NCBI GenBank assembly: GCA_043803945.1 | Contig: JAZDJN010000016.1 | Coordinates: 32,001 to 96,000 of the forward strand | From: a bacterium | GTDB taxonomy: Bacteria; Bacteroidota; Ignavibacteria; UBA10030 | Reading direction: 5' to 3' | DNA length: 64,000 bases | In this document: positions 60,687-64,000 of the stretch, piece after piece | How the letters are laid out: every line of letters begins with the position of its first letter | Position numbering within the stretch: position 1 is the first letter of the stretch | Program-made: the position numbers and the translations under genes | Notes under the pieces: model-generated | What the model was told of the DNA's origin: nothing | Database searches by the model: none | What the model saw: the letters and a program-made list of their open reading frames with translations, nothing else

Positions 60687-61910
60687 ATGAAAATATTTTA
60701 TGCTCTTCTCTGCATAGTGCTTTTTTCCCTCGGTGGTTGTTTGGTGCTCACCTCACCGGATAACGGGGAACCTTCTCCCTTACGCCCTCTCACTGCATCA
60801 GAGCGAGCCATCGTGTATGCGGACAATTCGTTCTGCTTTAAATTCATGGTAAAATTGAATGCGACAGAGAAGAATAAAAATGTCTTTATCTCGCCTCTCA
60901 GTATTTCCATGGCACTCGGAATGACGCTGAACGGTGCAGCCGGTTCAACAAGAGATTCAATGCAACGGGCACTCGAATTTACCGGGCTCACGCAGCAGGA
61001 GATCAATGAATCCTATAAAAGTCTCATAGCACTGCTCACCACCATGGATGCAACGGTACAACTCCAAATTGCCAATTCCATCTGGCACCGCCCGGAGCTC
61101 TCCGTACTCGAGGATTTTAAAAGCGTGAATAGAATGTATTTCAACGCCGAGGTGAACGCTTTGAATTTCAGCGATCCTTCTGCCTCCAAGACAATCAATG
61201 GATGGGTGGCAAAAAATACGAAAGACCGGATCACCTCCATCGTACCCGATCAACTCCCGAGAGACGCCGTGATGTATCTCATCAATGCGATCTATTTCAA
61301 AGGCACCTGGACATATCAATTCGACCCCGCAAAAACAACCGACGCTCTTTTCACTCGATCGGATGGATCAAAAAAAGACTGCAAACTGATGGTTCAGCAT
61401 GAATCATTCCCCCTTTTATCGAGTGAAACGGTCGATGTCATCGATCTCCCCTACGGAAAATCGGGTTTCAGTATGATGATTGTCCTTCCCAAGCAAGGAA
61501 TACAGATTGATGAGTTCATATCTCAGATGACTCAACAGGATTGGATTGGTTGGTCTAACTCACTGAACAAAACGGAGGTCGATGTCTATTTACCAAAATT
61601 CAAACTCGAGTACGAAAAGGTGCTGAACGACCAACTGAGTCAGATGGGTATGGGAATTGCATTTACACCCTGGGCTAACTTTACGAATATCGACAAGCAG
61701 GGGAATCTGGCAATCAGCGAAGTCAAACATAAATCCTTTATTGAAGTCAACGAGGAAGGAACTGAAGCCGCAGCAGCAACATCTGTTGGAATAATACGAA
61801 CGAGTCTGCGGCCGGTGTTCCGTGTCGACAGGCCATTTATCTTCGCGATTCGGGAGAATAATTCGGGAACAATTCTCTTCTTTGGCAAAATCGTTGACCC
61901 AACGCTATAA
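60687..61910 (+). CDS. Serpin (serine protease inhibitor), probable lipoprotein
   Basis: LGGC lipobox; NVFISPLSI, INAIYFKGTW, LPKFKLE, hinge EEGTEAAAAT, FRVDRPFIF. Confidence 0.95.
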   Translation: MKIFYALLCIVLFSLGGCLVLTSPDNGEPSPLRPLTASERAIVYADNSFCFKFMVKLNATEKNKNVFISPLSISMALGMTLNGAAGSTRDSMQRALEFTGLTQQEINESYKSLIALLTTMDATVQLQIANSIWHRPELSVLEDFKSVNRMYFNAEVNALNFSDPSASKTINGWVAKNTKDRITSIVPDQLPRDAVMYLINAIYFKGTWTYQFDPAKTTDALFTRSDGSKKDCKLMVQHESFPLLSSETVDVIDLPYGKSGFSMMIVLPKQGIQIDEFISQMTQQDWIGWSNSLNKTEVDVYLPKFKLEYEKVLNDQLSQMGMGIAFTPWANFTNIDKQGNLAISEVKHKSFIEVNEEGTEAAAATSVGIIRTSLRPVFRVDRPFIFAIRENNSGTILFFGKIVDPTL

Positions 61911-62096
61911 GCGCTATCAATGATACCAAGAAGGAAGCTATTTCTAAAACGTTGTCGATAATCCGCGGGCACAGTAAAATCATCGGTGCATGTGAGTGTA
62001 TGAGAATTCTTCTTTTATGTTATCCCTTCGCTTGGTATATTCAGTGTGGAGTTTTTGTACCTCGTGTTCACTCATTGGTAGCTTAGGAGCCAGATC

Positions 62097-62324
62097 ATGC
62101 CAGATAATATTTTAATTGCCGTCTTTGGCGTTATTTCGCTCATCGGATTCGCTATCGGAGGTATCTGTTTTTACTTTGCCATTCAAAATGCAAAGAAGAA
62201 CGGGAATGAAATTACAATGGCCCTCTGGTCATTCGGCGGTCTTGCCGGCATCGTCGTCGCAGGTATGTGTTGGGCCTATTTCCTCATCCCTATCTTGTAC
62301 AATCATATTACTTCAGTAAAATAA
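62097..62324 (+). CDS. Small two-helix membrane protein
   Basis: AGGAG SD, ATG start, two hydrophobic segments. Confidence 0.65.
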   Translation: MPDNILIAVFGVISLIGFAIGGICFYFAIQNAKKNGNEITMALWSFGGLAGIVVAGMCWAYFLIPILYNHITSVK

Positions 62325-62341
62325 CTCTCGGAGTACATTCG

Positions 62342-63694
62342 ATGAAAGCAATCGCAGCCTTCATGTTCATGCTTCTTCCCCTAAGCCTGTACAGCCAATC
62401 ATCACCGATGACCGCTCAAGAAAAAGACCGGCTCGCAGAGGAGGTGAAACAAGAATTTCTACTTTGCTGGAATTCTTACAAGCAGTATGCATGGAGCCAT
62501 GACGGATTGAAGCCTGTCAGTAAATCGCCTTATGATTGGTACAGCGTTCCTCTCTACATGACTCCGGTAGATGCCCTCGACACAATGTTTCTGATGGGAT
62601 TGACTGAGGAGGCAAATGCAACTCGAGAATTCATCGCGACAAAACTATCATTCGACCAGGATATTTATGTAAAGAATTTTGAAATTACCATTCGCCTTCT
62701 TGGCGGATTACTGTCGAATTATCAGATGAGCGGTGACAAGCGGCTGTTGGCGCTCGCCGATGATTTGGGAACACGGCTACTTAAAGTTTTTGATACTCCG
62801 ACAGGGATGCCCTATGTGGACGTGAATCTAAGAACAGGTGCGGTTCGAAGAACTAATAGCAATCCGGCAGAGATCGGTACACTCTTGATTGAATTCGGAA
62901 CCCTCAGCAAACTCACCGGCAAGCCCGTGTATTATGAGAAAGCAAAGAATGCTCTGGTTCAGCTCTTCAATCGTCGTTCGGAGATTGGACTCGTAGGAGA
63001 ATGGATTGACGTTACCACTGGAAAATGGACGAACCCAAACAGCCATATCAGCGCATGCATCGATTCTTATTATGAGTATTTACTCAAGGCAGCTATCCTC
63101 TTCGATGATGCCGACTGCCGGAAGATGTGGGAGGCAAGCATTCAAGCATTGAACAAACACGTTGCCGATCAAACAACGACAGGATTATGGTACGGCCATG
63201 TCGATATGAAGACTGGAAAGCGGGTGAAGACACAGTACGGTGCACTGGACGCTTTTTTTCCCGCAGTGCTTGCACTCTCAGGCGATCTGGATCGCGCAAA
63301 ACAATTGCAGGAGTCATGCTATAAGATGTGGAAGAAAGAAGGAATTGAACCGGAAACTTTTAACTACTCTACAATGGAAGTTGCCTCTCCCCGATTCTTC
63401 CTTAATCCCGAGATTATCGAATCGGCATATTATCTCTATCACTACACAAACGATCCCCGATATCTTGAGATGGGAAAAGTCTTTTTTGAGGGTTTGAAGC
63501 AGTATTGCCGCACTGATGCGGGATACACTGAATTGAAAAGTGTGATTACCAAAGAAAAGGGAGATCGGATGGAGAGTTATTTTCTGGCAGAGACGTTGAA
63601 ATATCTTTATCTCCTGTTCGCACCTCCTGAAACACTTGATTTCAAGAATACGGTTTTTAACACAGAGGCTCATCCAATTCGAAGAAGCTGGTAA
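62342..63694 (+). CDS. GH47 alpha-1,2-mannosidase
   Basis: Signal peptide; YAWSHDGLKP, VDALDT, FEITIRLLGGLLS, DSYYEYLLK, PEIIES, MESYFLAETLKYLYLLF, FNTEAHP. Confidence 0.95.
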   Translation: MKAIAAFMFMLLPLSLYSQSSPMTAQEKDRLAEEVKQEFLLCWNSYKQYAWSHDGLKPVSKSPYDWYSVPLYMTPVDALDTMFLMGLTEEANATREFIATKLSFDQDIYVKNFEITIRLLGGLLSNYQMSGDKRLLALADDLGTRLLKVFDTPTGMPYVDVNLRTGAVRRTNSNPAEIGTLLIEFGTLSKLTGKPVYYEKAKNALVQLFNRRSEIGLVGEWIDVTTGKWTNPNSHISACIDSYYEYLLKAAILFDDADCRKMWEASIQALNKHVADQTTTGLWYGHVDMKTGKRVKTQYGALDAFFPAVLALSGDLDRAKQLQESCYKMWKKEGIEPETFNYSTMEVASPRFFLNPEIIESAYYLYHYTNDPRYLEMGKVFFEGLKQYCRTDAGYTELKSVITKEKGDRMESYFLAETLKYLYLLFAPPETLDFKNTVFNTEAHPIRRSW

Positions 63695-63721
63695 GGTTGG
63701 AGATCCATCTTTCTTTTATGC

Positions 63722-63746
63722 TGCGAGTGAGTTCCACTCACGAGCA
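63722..63746. repeat. REP-like palindrome upstream of the RAYT remnant
   Basis: tgcgagtgagttccactcacgagca. Confidence 0.8.
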
Positions 63747-63774
63747 TCTGCGGTAAAAGTCACTATATTTTTTT

Positions 63775-64000
63775 GAGATTCGGTTTTCTCCTCGCTATAG
63801 TATTTCAACATCATCATAGAAAGTCTGCGGTATTGCCTCTCTCATAAGGGGCTTTCCATTCATGGGTATGTGATAATGTTGAATCACGCTCATTACATCT
63901 TCTCGATGAAAGGAGATCTCTTCCTTTCATACGTGATGAGAGATTTTAATACACATACTTCAAGAGAAATCACGCATTTATTACAACTGGATCATAAGGA
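63775..64000 (+). mobile_element. REP-associated tyrosine transposase (RAYT/Y1 HUH), 5'-degenerate, runs off the window
   Basis: Manual translation from 63801: YFNIIIESLRYC...GYVIMLNHAH...MRDFNTHTSREI. In-frame TAG at 63798 and no start codon. Confidence 0.78.

Noticed and set aside
1-64000. tRNA/rRNA genes or an integrase explaining the island
   Set aside because: No T-loop/cloverleaf, rRNA signature or recombinase motif seen by eye; tRNAscan-SE would be decisive.

Overview
Bacterial chromosomal window. Gene content and order suggest an Ignavibacteria-like (Bacteroidota/Chlorobiota) organism; this is an inference. (1) 1-21 kb: minus-strand housekeeping run with rsmB, rpmE, ispD, queA, ppdK, a C26 amidotransferase, lpxK, lpxB, an ICMT-family methyltransferase, a HAD phosphatase, smc, a GH2-like membrane protein, tpiA, gatB and a frameshifted sucC. 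(2) 21-31 kb: a divergent tungsten module, aor-thiF-thiS on one side and rrf2-wtpABC-moeA-moaA-moaC-MOSC/mogA on the other, with a perfect 27-bp palindromic operator between them. (3) pruA. (4) 33.2-43.7 kb: a defence island bounded by ~60-bp imperfect direct repeats. It holds an adenine MTase-TRD protein, a PLD-SNF2 helicase with an in-frame TGA, an inserted Panacea/PemK-like TA pair, a ~150-nt tetraloop-rich structured RNA, two orphan HicB genes, MntA-HepT and two duplicated gene-end scars. (5) A Tat-signal FAD oxidoreductase. (6) 46-57.6 kb: a peptidoglycan-salvage operon (kinase, GT2, GNAT, DUF4922, SpoIID/LytB, GT39, ampG, GH3-serine hydrolase). (7) tlpA-dsbD, a serpin, a GH47 and a degenerate RAYT transposase with its REP-like palindromes. 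No tRNA, rRNA or CRISPR array was seen. All family calls come from motif recognition by eye; no database search was run.
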